A stretch of 64,000 nt of DNA from the NCBI GenBank assembly GCA_028718605.1, contig JAQULM010000001.1, forward strand, positions 337,073-401,072, in the 5' to 3' direction. Source of the DNA: Patescibacteria group bacterium. Its GTDB lineage: Bacteria > Patescibacteriota > Patescibacteriia > UBA10025 > JAHIVO01. The notes under the pieces were generated by a model. It saw only the letters and a list, made by a program, of their open reading frames with translations, ran no database searches and was not told the DNA's origin. Shown here one piece after another: positions 19,301 to 27,627 of the stretch. The number at the start of each line of letters is the position of its first letter. The first letter of the stretch is position 1. The position numbers and the translations under genes are program-made.

Positions 19301-20274
19301 CAGGAGTCTATGGAAAAATTCTCTTGCCACTCTCGGAATTGAGAGCTTCCTAACCGGTTCAGTTTCGCAACTAAAGCGCGCTTTCTCAACATCGCCGGGA
19401 GGAAACGAAGAACACTTAACTTGATCCGTGTATGCATCACAGCGCGCTCGAATACAGTGCCAGCAGTGCTCTGGTATGTCACTGGATTCCGCAGTGCACG
19501 CGGCCAGAGCGCGATTGGGTACAGCTTGATCGCCGAAAAAACCCTGTTCCGTCCCGAATAAAAACGCTTCCTGTTATCCCTCCACTGTGACGTGGTAGCG
19601 GACACCTTGTGGTACACCACCGCGGTGGGAATGAACATACATTTCCACCCAGCAAGCCGTATGCGTAATCCTAAATCTGAATCCTCGATGTAAGCAAAAT
19701 GGTCACTGTCAAAATAGTCATCGCCGAGTTTGGATTCCTCCAGCGCCTCCCTGCGATACAGTGCGGCGGCGGCGCACGCGGTCAGACACTCTTCTTTCTT
19801 GAAAAACGTATCAGATTTACCGTGCCCTCGCGGCCCGACTTTCAGGCTGCCGCGGTAATAAAAATCGCCCGCAGAATCAACGATCGTGCGGTTATCGAAA
19901 TACAGCAGTTTGCTCGCGCACACGCCAATCCTTGGATCAGCATCTGCGGCAGATACCAGTTCAGAAAGCCAGTTCTCCTTAACCTCCGTGTCGTTGTTTA
20001 AACATACGACGTACCGGCACCCTGGATCCTCGAGCGCTCGCCGGATACCAACATTATTACCTTCAGCAAAGCCAAAATTTTTTCCCGTTTCAATTATCTG
20101 AACATTGGAAAATTTCTCGCGAACATAGGCGGCTGAACCGTCAGTCGAACCGTTATCAACGAATAGTACCTCGAAGTCTTTATATGTTTGGAGATAAACA
20201 CTCGATAGGCACGTCTGCAGATGCTCGAGACCATTCCAATTTAAAATTATAATAGATACTCGAGCACTATTCAT
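19300..20274 (-). CDS. GT2-family glycosyltransferase
   Basis: 324 aa. 'VSIIILNWNGLEHLQTCLSSVYLQTYKDFEVLFVDNGSTDGS' is the GT2 signature. Confidence 0.75.
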   Translation of the reverse strand: MNSARVSIIILNWNGLEHLQTCLSSVYLQTYKDFEVLFVDNGSTDGSAAYVREKFSNVQIIETGKNFGFAEGNNVGIRRALEDPGCRYVVCLNNDTEVKENWLSELVSAADADPRIGVCASKLLYFDNRTIVDSAGDFYYRGSLKVGPRGHGKSDTFFKKEECLTACAAAALYRREALEESKLGDDYFDSDHFAYIEDSDLGLRIRLAGWKCMFIPTAVVYHKVSATTSQWRDNRKRFYSGRNRVFSAIKLYPIALWPRALRNPVTYQSTAGTVFERAVMHTRIKLSVLRFLPAMLRKRALVAKLNRLGSSQFREWQENFSIDS

Positions 20275-20422
20275 GAATCGTCTCCGTTAACATTTATCTG
20301 CTGACCAATTAAAATATGCATGCGTTTTAAACAATCGAGTACTGGATTTTTTATAAAAATGTTACGTATCAATAGTACCTCTCAATTCGACTAATATCAA
20401 GGTTTACAGTGATGCGATTTCA

Positions 20423-20452
20423 TTGAATCATGCACTTGTATATGTTATAAAT
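20423..20452 (+). promoter_or_regulatory. sigma70-like promoter for 20508 gene (-35 TTGAAT, 17-nt spacer, -10 TATAAAT)
   Basis: TTGAATcatgcacttgtatatgtTATAAAT sits in the AT-rich divergent intergenic region 20275..20507. Confidence 0.3.
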
Positions 20453-20507
20453 AGAACATGCCGAAACTTTAATTGCTGTTTACCGACAATCTGACACAAA
20501 TAAAAGA

Positions 20508-22268
20508 ATGGATAACTTTTTCTATAAAATCATACGATATCTTTACTGGAGACTCCGCTGGTTGCTCAGTAAATGTAAGGCACTTTTTTTTCAAGTATTT
20601 GCGAACCAGAACAAGGAGCCCCGATATAAATACCATAAACGATTAATTCCTCGGGCAGCGATCGAGGCATTAGCGGCCCAGCCGAAAATATCAGTTATCA
20701 TGCCTGTCTTTAATATCGATTTGAAGTGGCTGAATAAAGCCATCAACTCGGTTAAAAATCAATCATACGCGAATTGGGAGCTGTGTATTGCCGACGATTG
20801 TTCAACAAATGAAAAAACCGTGCGCTTCCTAAAAAATATTCAGGACCAGCGCATACGAATTGTTTTTTTAAAAAAGAACGCCGGAATAGCAGCCGCTTCA
20901 AATGAAGCTTTGAAGCTCGCTTCAGGGGAATATGTCACTTTCCTTGATCATGATGACGAACTTACGCCAGATGCTTTATACGAAGTAGCGAAAAAAATTA
21001 ATGAAACCGGCGCTGAATTAATATACTCAGACGAAGATAAAATTACACCCAGCGGAACGTATATCGATCCGCATTTCAAACCAGACTACTCCCCCGATTT
21101 ATTACTTTCCCAAAATTACATTTGCCATCTATCAGCATACAAGAAACGAATCATCGATGCCCTTGGTGGATTGCGACGTGGCTTCGATGGATCGCAAGAC
21201 CATGATTTGCTGTTGAGGTTTACCGAAAAAACTGCTGCAATATCACATATTTCAAAAGTGCTCTACCACTGGAGAGCAGTCCCGGGATCAGTTGCCCACA
21301 CCTTCTCCTCGAAATCATATGCCTGGGAAGCGGGCCAAAGGGCATTGCAGGAAGCATTGTATAGAAGAAATATTGGCGGTACGGCATTCAGAGGCAAATT
21401 CCCAGGCACGTATCGAATAAAGAGAACCATAAAGAAAAAACCCTTAATCAGCATTATCATTCCGTTTAAAAATCACGTCAGTGAATTAAAAAAACTAATA
21501 CACTCGATCACAACGAAATCAACGTACGATAATTTTGAAATTATTGGCATTGATAATAACAGCACAGAACAAGAAACGATCGATTTTATCAAAGCGATAC
21601 AAAAACAGGATGCGAGAATAAAAATATTCGCCGACAACGCCCCGTTCAACTACTCTCGGCTCAATAATTATGGTGCTTCACGCGCACGCGGGGAACATCT
21701 CCTACTACTGAATAATGATACCGAAATTATCTCCCCCGACTGGATAGAGCGCTTGCTTTGCCATTCACAGCGGGACGAAGTAGGAATTGTGGGTGCAAAA
21801 CTTTACTATTTCAACAACACGATCCAGCACGCAGGAATCATTATTGGAATCGGCGGCGTTGCGGGGCACCCGCATAAATTTCTCGATAAAAAACAGCGTG
21901 GCTACATGTGTAGGCCTCATTTGACGCAGAACGTATCAGCAGTTACAACCGCATGCGCTATGATAAAAAGTTCCCTGTACAAGCAACTGGGGGGGCTGGA
22001 TGAAAAAAACCTGCCAATCGCGTTTAATGATGTTGATTTCTGTTTAAGGCTCCGCGAAAAAGGTTACCTGAATATTTTCACTCCCGAATGCGAGCTCTAC
22101 CATTATGAATCAAGGTCAAGGGGGCAGGAAGATTCTCAGGAAAAGAAGGACCGCTTCGCCGGTGAAGTCCGCTTTATGCAAAAACGACATCAGGCAATAG
22201 TAAGTGCTGGCGACCCCTACTACAACCCGAACCTCACCTTGGAAAATGAAAACTTTTGGTTGAAGTAA
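20508..22268 (+). CDS. two-domain GT2 glycosyltransferase (tandem GT2 modules)
   Basis: 586 aa. The first GT2 module is 'ISVIMPVFNIDLKWLNKAINSVKNQSYANWELCIADDCST' and the second is 'ISIIIPFKNHVSELKKLIHSI...FEIIGIDNNSTEQET'. Confidence 0.75.
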   Translation: MDNFFYKIIRYLYWRLRWLLSKCKALFFQVFANQNKEPRYKYHKRLIPRAAIEALAAQPKISVIMPVFNIDLKWLNKAINSVKNQSYANWELCIADDCSTNEKTVRFLKNIQDQRIRIVFLKKNAGIAAASNEALKLASGEYVTFLDHDDELTPDALYEVAKKINETGAELIYSDEDKITPSGTYIDPHFKPDYSPDLLLSQNYICHLSAYKKRIIDALGGLRRGFDGSQDHDLLLRFTEKTAAISHISKVLYHWRAVPGSVAHTFSSKSYAWEAGQRALQEALYRRNIGGTAFRGKFPGTYRIKRTIKKKPLISIIIPFKNHVSELKKLIHSITTKSTYDNFEIIGIDNNSTEQETIDFIKAIQKQDARIKIFADNAPFNYSRLNNYGASRARGEHLLLLNNDTEIISPDWIERLLCHSQRDEVGIVGAKLYYFNNTIQHAGIIIGIGGVAGHPHKFLDKKQRGYMCRPHLTQNVSAVTTACAMIKSSLYKQLGGLDEKNLPIAFNDVDFCLRLREKGYLNIFTPECELYHYESRSRGQEDSQEKKDRFAGEVRFMQKRHQAIVSAGDPYYNPNLTLENENFWLK

Positions 22269-22333
22269 TTCCAGTTTCTGCACCAAAAATCCAGGATCGG
22301 CTATAATCCCGGTTAATTATATACTACTAACAT

Positions 22334-23221
22334 TTACTTTTTCTTTTGAAACGGTATTTTTGTTTTTACTTTGTGCAAGAATGTAGCAATTTTCCAGCTT
22401 CGGGAATTGTAAATAGTTTGAATTTCAGCTTCAAGCTTGCCCATTTTTTGCTGAGCGCGCGCGCGTTCTTGCTGAAGCTCAAACACCTGCGCGTCCAATC
22501 TATTGAGCTTCGTGCCGTCGCCAATAACAATCGAGCTGCGAACCGTCTGACCGATCGGCTGTTTGCTGCATACGCCGAGAATGTATCGATGCTGCTCGGG
22601 ATTCTGGCTCACGGACCTATACACATCGATGTTCTTGATGCAGGCATCAGTCTTCTCCTGCAATTGATCTTCCGAAGAGATACCATCGCTTATAATATTG
22701 TTTTGATAGAAAAAACATAGGTGGGGGAAATACTGCGCGAGAAATGCTTTAAATCCCTGCAACGTAAATTCCTTTTTATGGAACTGGTTTCCTGAAGGAT
22801 AGACGGGCACGTTGGGGGTTGAAATTATCAGCATTCCCGCATCTTTCAAGACGCGCCGCACTTCCTTCAAAAAAACGTCTTGGCCTCCGAAATGTTCGAT
22901 TGTTTCGAACGAAACGACGATATCGACTGAATGGTCATCCAAAGGGATTGCATGGGCGTCGCCTACGAGATACCGGGTTCGTGCTGTTGAATAGGTCTTG
23001 TTAGAATAGCGGATAGCTTCATCTGAAGAGTCAACACCAATAACCCTCGCAGCGCCATGATCTGCCAAGTATTTCGACCCGTACCCGCTGCCGCAGGCGA
23101 TATCGAGGACTGTTTTATTTTTTACAAATTGGGCAGCAAAAGCATAACGAGCTATATGCTCCAAATAATAAGGCTCCTCTTTATCAAATTCTGGGATCAT
23201 ACGCTCACCCGTTGATTTCAT
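22334..23221 (-). CDS. class I SAM-dependent methyltransferase with C-terminal coiled-coil
   Basis: 'VLDIACGSGYGSKYLADHG' is the glycine-rich SAM-binding motif I, and 'IVVSFETIEHF' is the post-I region. The C-terminal roughly 60 aa ('LNRLDAQVFELQQERARAQQKMGKLEAEIQTIY') is predicted coiled-coil. The track start at 23236 is TTG; the ATG at 23221 is used. Confidence 0.7.
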   Translation of the reverse strand: MKSTGERMIPEFDKEEPYYLEHIARYAFAAQFVKNKTVLDIACGSGYGSKYLADHGAARVIGVDSSDEAIRYSNKTYSTARTRYLVGDAHAIPLDDHSVDIVVSFETIEHFGGQDVFLKEVRRVLKDAGMLIISTPNVPVYPSGNQFHKKEFTLQGFKAFLAQYFPHLCFFYQNNIISDGISSEDQLQEKTDACIKNIDVYRSVSQNPEQHRYILGVCSKQPIGQTVRSSIVIGDGTKLNRLDAQVFELQQERARAQQKMGKLEAEIQTIYNSRSWKIATFLHKVKTKIPFQKKK

Positions 23222-23222
23222 A

Positions 23223-23915
23223 CTACGCTTTATCAATGATGAAAATATACCGCAATGGCACTCCTGAATTGAATAATGAAAATAGTGGATTAAAAAATGT
23301 AAAACTCTTCATTGTTTTATGAGCGAAAAATCTCGGGAATCTGAATTGCATCGTAATTAAATAATACCATATACGGATGTTTGCATTCTTTTTTATTTGT
23401 ATGCGCAATGAATCGCCTCCCGCAGTGCTTTTGATATAGTGGATAATTTCGTCTCGATCCGGATGACCATACTTGAGATGCTGGTCGAGCATCTCGAGCT
23501 TTTCAACATGATGCCCGTAGTAATAATCTCCAAACCTTTTTACCATCTTCCAGCCTTCGCGTCCACATGGCACTGCCAAGATTATTCTTTTCTTTGTAAC
23601 GCGTATCAGCTCTCCAATCATTGCTTTCTTGTCTGCCGGTTTTTCGATATGCTCGATGGCGTCAACGCAAATTGAAATATTGAAAAAATTATCTGGATAC
23701 TGAAGATTCGTTCCGCGAGATCTTACGTTTGTAACATTTGGCAGAGTACTCCCGCTTTCGATAAAATCATAATTAATGAATTTGCATTCAGGCATCAATT
23801 CTCCGATTCCGCCGAGGACCCCACCCCCTACTTCTAACACCTCCTGCCTCCGATAATCGGCAACTTCTCGGATTGCCTTGACGACAGGAATATACCGCTG
23901 TAATGTATCGAGCAT
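23223..23915 (-). CDS. SAM-dependent methyltransferase-like protein
   Basis: 230 aa. 'VLEVGGGVLGG' is motif I-like and 'CVDAIEHIEKP...LIRVTKKRIILAVP' are Methyltransf_11/23-like motifs. Confidence 0.6.
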   Translation of the reverse strand: MLDTLQRYIPVVKAIREVADYRRQEVLEVGGGVLGGIGELMPECKFINYDFIESGSTLPNVTNVRSRGTNLQYPDNFFNISICVDAIEHIEKPADKKAMIGELIRVTKKRIILAVPCGREGWKMVKRFGDYYYGHHVEKLEMLDQHLKYGHPDRDEIIHYIKSTAGGDSLRIQIKKNANIRIWYYLITMQFRFPRFFAHKTMKSFTFFNPLFSLFNSGVPLRYIFIIDKA

Positions 23916-23921
23916 ATATTT

Positions 23922-25103
23922 TTAAAACCTCCACGTATACGGGAACTGAATAAAGCCGAAATACTTTTTTTGATTTTCATTTGCGATATAAAATCGGAAA
24001 ATTCTTTCAACTCTGTCAAAAATCAAATCTCCGCTTTTGTCGGCGACTGCAGGCGTAACATAGTACATGCCATCGAGGAACGGGTTGTTTTGGATAATAA
24101 ACTCAACCTGTTTTTCACCCTCAACTTTTTCTACCACCAAATGGTCGATGCCCATATTGATGCCTGAAAGCAGTAAGCCCTGCTCGTTTGCAAACTCTAA
24201 GCCAAAAATGACGTTATGCACTGCCCGATTTGTTTTACAAAAAATTTTGATGCGTATTGTTTCACCCGTTTTAAAAGTTTTTTTCTCCTCACCTTGCTCA
24301 TTAGAAAAAGCTACTTTAGTAATATAAATCCCGCTTGTCGCCCGTGCCTCGATATTTTCTGGCGTCGTGTCAGTAAATGATTGGCCATATGCAGTAATCA
24401 TCTCCCTCGGTTTTCCGATATTTTTCACCTTTCCGCCCTCAATAAATACAACGCGATCACAAAATCTTTCGATCGAACCCAAATCGTGGCTTACGAAAAT
24501 AATGGTCTTTTTCTCGCGCTTTAGCCTATCAAATGTGTTGAAGCATTTTCTCTGGAAATCTGCATCCCCAACCGCTAAGACTTCGTCGACGAGCAAAATA
24601 TCAGCGTCTGACTGTATTGCCGTAGAAAACGCAAGCCGTACCTGCATACCTGAAGAAAAGTTCTTCAGCTTCTGGTCTACAAAGTTTTCAAGTTCTGCAA
24701 ATTTAATAATGCTATCGAACTTCTGATCGATCGCCGTGCGCGATAGTCCAAGAATTGCTCCATACAGGTACACATTCTCCCGCGCCGTCAAATCTGGTTG
24801 AAAACCTACGCCAAGTTCAAGGAAGGGGGCTATCGAACCAAGTACGGCAATTCTGCCAGAATTCGGCTGCAAAATCCCAGCGATAATTTTTAAAAGCGTT
24901 GATTTTCCGGATCCATTGCGGCCGATGATTCCGAGAAATTCCCCCTCCCTCACACTGAATGAAACTTCCCGAAGCGCATGAAACTGTTCATAGGTGCGGT
25001 GACTGAATGCGCTCACAAAATACTCCTTGAGCGTGGTTTTACGTTCATGGGGGATTTTGAAAACCTTAGTTATTTTATTTATTTCAATAATCGTTTCGAC
25101 CAT
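23922..25103 (-). CDS. wzt: polysaccharide ABC exporter ATP-binding protein with C-terminal carbohydrate-binding extension (Wzt/TagH-like)
   Basis: Walker A 'GIIGRNGSGKSTLLKIIAGI', ABC signature 'FSSGMQVRLAFS' and Walker B 'ILLVDE' are present. A roughly 150-aa C-terminal extension (residues about 250-400) matches the Wzt terminal-residue-binding domain. The track start is TTG; the ATG at 25103 (MVETIIEINKITKVF) is used. Confidence 0.85.
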   Translation of the reverse strand: MVETIIEINKITKVFKIPHERKTTLKEYFVSAFSHRTYEQFHALREVSFSVREGEFLGIIGRNGSGKSTLLKIIAGILQPNSGRIAVLGSIAPFLELGVGFQPDLTARENVYLYGAILGLSRTAIDQKFDSIIKFAELENFVDQKLKNFSSGMQVRLAFSTAIQSDADILLVDEVLAVGDADFQRKCFNTFDRLKREKKTIIFVSHDLGSIERFCDRVVFIEGGKVKNIGKPREMITAYGQSFTDTTPENIEARATSGIYITKVAFSNEQGEEKKTFKTGETIRIKIFCKTNRAVHNVIFGLEFANEQGLLLSGINMGIDHLVVEKVEGEKQVEFIIQNNPFLDGMYYVTPAVADKSGDLIFDRVERIFRFYIANENQKKYFGFIQFPYTWRF

Positions 25104-25146
25104 ACACTTTCTTTTCTTCTCAACCAAGATTGGCTTGGAACACGTA

Positions 25147-25875
25147 TTAGACTTTCTTTAATAATAATACAATATTTATCTCATATAAGTTCGAATCGAG
25201 TATTATAAAATTAGAAAGCTCCCGCTGCAACCATTGCATGAAGGCCATGAATGATTGATAGTCCCAAACATGCACGTGAATGCTTGCTTGCCCGCGATAC
25301 GCCCCTTCGCATTGGAACGTGTCAGTAATCTCATTAACCGTCACCATAAAATCCTCGTAGTGACCACGCGAAACACTCGTGGTTTTCTGATTAAAATCAT
25401 CCTGCAAATGCTGCAGCGGAGTGCGCTGCCGGTTTTTGTCAAACGTGAAACGCTTGTCAGGAACTACGATATACACCATGCCTCCCTTTTTAACGACCCT
25501 GAGCCATTCCTGTATCGCGCTCCCAGGGTCCGGAAGGTGCTCAAGCAAGTGCGAGTTACACACAAAATCAAGTGAATTATCTGGAATCGTGTCGAGATTC
25601 TGGGCGTTGCAGATATAATCCACATGTATAATTTTATCATTGGGGACATTCTTATGCGGCTTATAAATCTCTTTCAATTTCTCCGTGCTTGCTACATCAA
25701 CATACCGCATCATCGTATTTGAATTAATAGGAAATGGTGACGCAAGCGCACCAATTTCAATTCCTTCCCCAGAAAAATGATCATGCACGAATTCTTTCCA
25801 ATTCGGTCCAATAATTTTATAACTTCCAACCAACCGTTCTCGCCATTTATTGAGTAACGCCTGAATACGTCTCAT
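25147..25875 (-). CDS. SAM-dependent methyltransferase (Methyltransf_11-like)
   Basis: 242 aa. 'LDFVCNSHLLEHLPDP' and 'LRVVKKGGMVYIVVP' are typical class I methyltransferase motifs. Confidence 0.65.
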   Translation of the reverse strand: MRRIQALLNKWRERLVGSYKIIGPNWKEFVHDHFSGEGIEIGALASPFPINSNTMMRYVDVASTEKLKEIYKPHKNVPNDKIIHVDYICNAQNLDTIPDNSLDFVCNSHLLEHLPDPGSAIQEWLRVVKKGGMVYIVVPDKRFTFDKNRQRTPLQHLQDDFNQKTTSVSRGHYEDFMVTVNEITDTFQCEGAYRGQASIHVHVWDYQSFMAFMQWLQRELSNFIILDSNLYEINIVLLLKKV

Positions 25876-25925
25876 TTGAAAGGCTTTCGGTTATTTTTTT
25901 ATTACACGATCCCGAATAATTCACG

Positions 25926-26693
25926 CTATAAATCCTCAGCAAAATACGGCTCCCGTTTTTTAAACACGAGGTACCCGACAACGAATAGTGCGATTGCCAT
26001 AAAGAATGATGCGATAACTCCCTTCAAATCAGGGGCAATTCCATAAATAACGACGTCCCGTGAATATTTTATAATCCGTGTCATCGGGTTCATGAAATAC
26101 CAGAAATGGTATTTCGCGGGAATCATGCTCATAGAGTAAATAATCGGCGTCGCCCAAAAACCGATCTGAAGCATGACCTCCCAGATATGGGACAGATCGC
26201 GGACTTTTATATTCAATGCGGAGATGAGCAGCCCAAGCCCCGTGGTGATCAAATAAAGTTCAAGCAGAAGGAGCGGAAATAATACTACGGTCGCGTGTAC
26301 CGGAACGCCGCTGGCAATAAAAAAAATCATAAACACGATAAGATTCAGGAAAAGCGTAATCAGGGAAGTAACCGTGGAGGCAACCACGATAATGGTGCGC
26401 GGGAATGACACGCGTGCAATCAAACCGCCTTTGTTCACCAAATTACTGATAGCGGTAGTCGTGCCTTCAGCGAGGTACCCCCAGAGAATAACGCCAAGCA
26501 GCAAATACAGGTTGTACTGCGCAATATCGAACCGCATGAATACAGAAAAAACCAAATACAAGACGCCGAAAAGGAGGAGCGGCTTTACCAGTGACCACAG
26601 GTACCCGAGCACGGATCCCTGGTACCGGAGCTTGAAATCCGCGATGGCAAGTTCGCGCACCAGGTTCCAGTATCGTTGGCGTTTTATCGTCAT
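25926..26693 (-). CDS. wzm: ABC-2 type polysaccharide exporter permease
   Basis: 255 aa with six TM helices. 'ADFKLRYQGSVLGYLWSLVKPLL' is the Wzm/ABC-2 N-terminal signature. It lies immediately upstream of the methyltransferase and wzt genes. Confidence 0.8.
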   Translation of the reverse strand: MTIKRQRYWNLVRELAIADFKLRYQGSVLGYLWSLVKPLLLFGVLYLVFSVFMRFDIAQYNLYLLLGVILWGYLAEGTTTAISNLVNKGGLIARVSFPRTIIVVASTVTSLITLFLNLIVFMIFFIASGVPVHATVVLFPLLLLELYLITTGLGLLISALNIKVRDLSHIWEVMLQIGFWATPIIYSMSMIPAKYHFWYFMNPMTRIIKYSRDVVIYGIAPDLKGVIASFFMAIALFVVGYLVFKKREPYFAEDL

Positions 26694-26728
26694 GATGCGA
26701 AAATGGAGAATACTGTTTCGTAATTCCT

Positions 26729-26757
26729 ATTGTACCACTGTAATAACCGTTTTTCAA
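26729..26757 (-). promoter_or_regulatory. sigma70-like promoter for wzm-MT-wzt-MT-MT operon (-35 TTGAAA, 17 nt, -10 TACAAT)
   Basis: Read on the minus strand as TTGAAAaacggttattacagtggTACAAT, about 36 nt upstream of the wzm ATG. Confidence 0.35.
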
Positions 26758-26798
26758 CGGTATCATCCGCCGTAGCGCTCCACGAAGGCGAACAAATT

Positions 26799-26834
26799 CA
26801 AAAAGTGCCTGCACATTCTATGAGGCACTTTTTG
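26799..26834 (-). terminator. rho-independent terminator after pilin 26872..27372
   Basis: Stem AGTGCCT/AGGCACT (26804-26810/26823-26829) with a 12-nt loop. On the minus strand it is followed by TTTTTGAATTTG, and on the plus strand by TTTTT as well, so it is bidirectional. Confidence 0.55.
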
Positions 26835-26871
26835 ATATGGAATAACTTACCTTCTACTTACTTGCCAAGTC

Positions 26872-27372
26872 CTATCCGCAAGTTCCTGCATCTGGAGAAT
26901 TGTCTCCGGACGTACCGTCAGACTTGATCCAGAAGTGTGTACTGCCGTCGCCGCCCTCGAGCGGTGTTGTCAGCACAAAGTCCTGCCAATCCTCACCAAC
27001 AGCTCCACAGGTTTGGTACGTATAGTGGTTGGTCGCATCATTGACCGGATCCTCCACCGCTTTACTAATATACTCACTGCAGATCGGATTCGCAGCTAGG
27101 TCGGTCGTACAGTCAGTATTGAAGATCGAGCCGTCTGCGTCCTGAACAGTGCTCACATCACCATCGTCAGTTACATCAGACGGATACGCATTTTGATGAT
27201 CATCAGCATACAGCACCAGCGCGGTCTTGACCTGTGAGAGGTCGGACTTTCTGGTTGCGTCGCGCGCCTTTTCACGGGCGCCGTTCAACGCGACCAAGCC
27301 GATGGTTGCCAAGATACCGATGATGGCAATAACGACCAATAACTCAATAAGGGTGAAACCTTTCCTTCTCAT
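26872..27372 (-). CDS. type IV pilin (PilA-like; probable major pilin)
   Basis: 'MRRKG|FTLIELLVVIAIIGILATIGLVALNGAREKARDATRKSDLSQVKTALVLY'. The ATG at 27372 has a strong SD (AGGAGGTGA) 7 nt upstream. The track N-terminus adds 25 codons with no support. The gene has its own promoter and terminator. Confidence 0.85.
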   Translation of the reverse strand: MRRKGFTLIELLVVIAIIGILATIGLVALNGAREKARDATRKSDLSQVKTALVLYADDHQNAYPSDVTDDGDVSTVQDADGSIFNTDCTTDLAANPICSEYISKAVEDPVNDATNHYTYQTCGAVGEDWQDFVLTTPLEGGDGSTHFWIKSDGTSGDNSPDAGTCG

Positions 27373-27565
27373 TTCCTCTTCACCTCCTCTCGTGACCCAG
27401 GAACACGAGCACGCACTCTCCGCATATGCTGGCTGTTCACAGATCACGGATCCGAAATTGATCCGTGGGCTGCCAGTGCGAAACGATATGCTTCCCGTAG
27501 TATTCCCGAGGGATATTACTTATTAAAAGAAAAGAACGATGAAGTAGTACCCAAAGTATAAAATA

Positions 27566-27594
27566 ATAGTATCACATTTTCGGGCAAAAGTCAA
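27566..27594 (-). promoter_or_regulatory. sigma70-like promoter for pilin 26872..27372 (-35 TTGACT, 17 nt, -10 TACTAT) with roughly 185-nt leader
   Basis: Read on the minus strand as TTGACTtttgcccgaaaatgtgaTACTAT. The leader contains an 8-bp hairpin CACGGATC-cgaaatt-GATCCGTG at 27440..27462. Confidence 0.4.
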
Positions 27595-27627
27595 TGTACA
27601 ACACCCACTTTTCCACAGCATTTTCGC

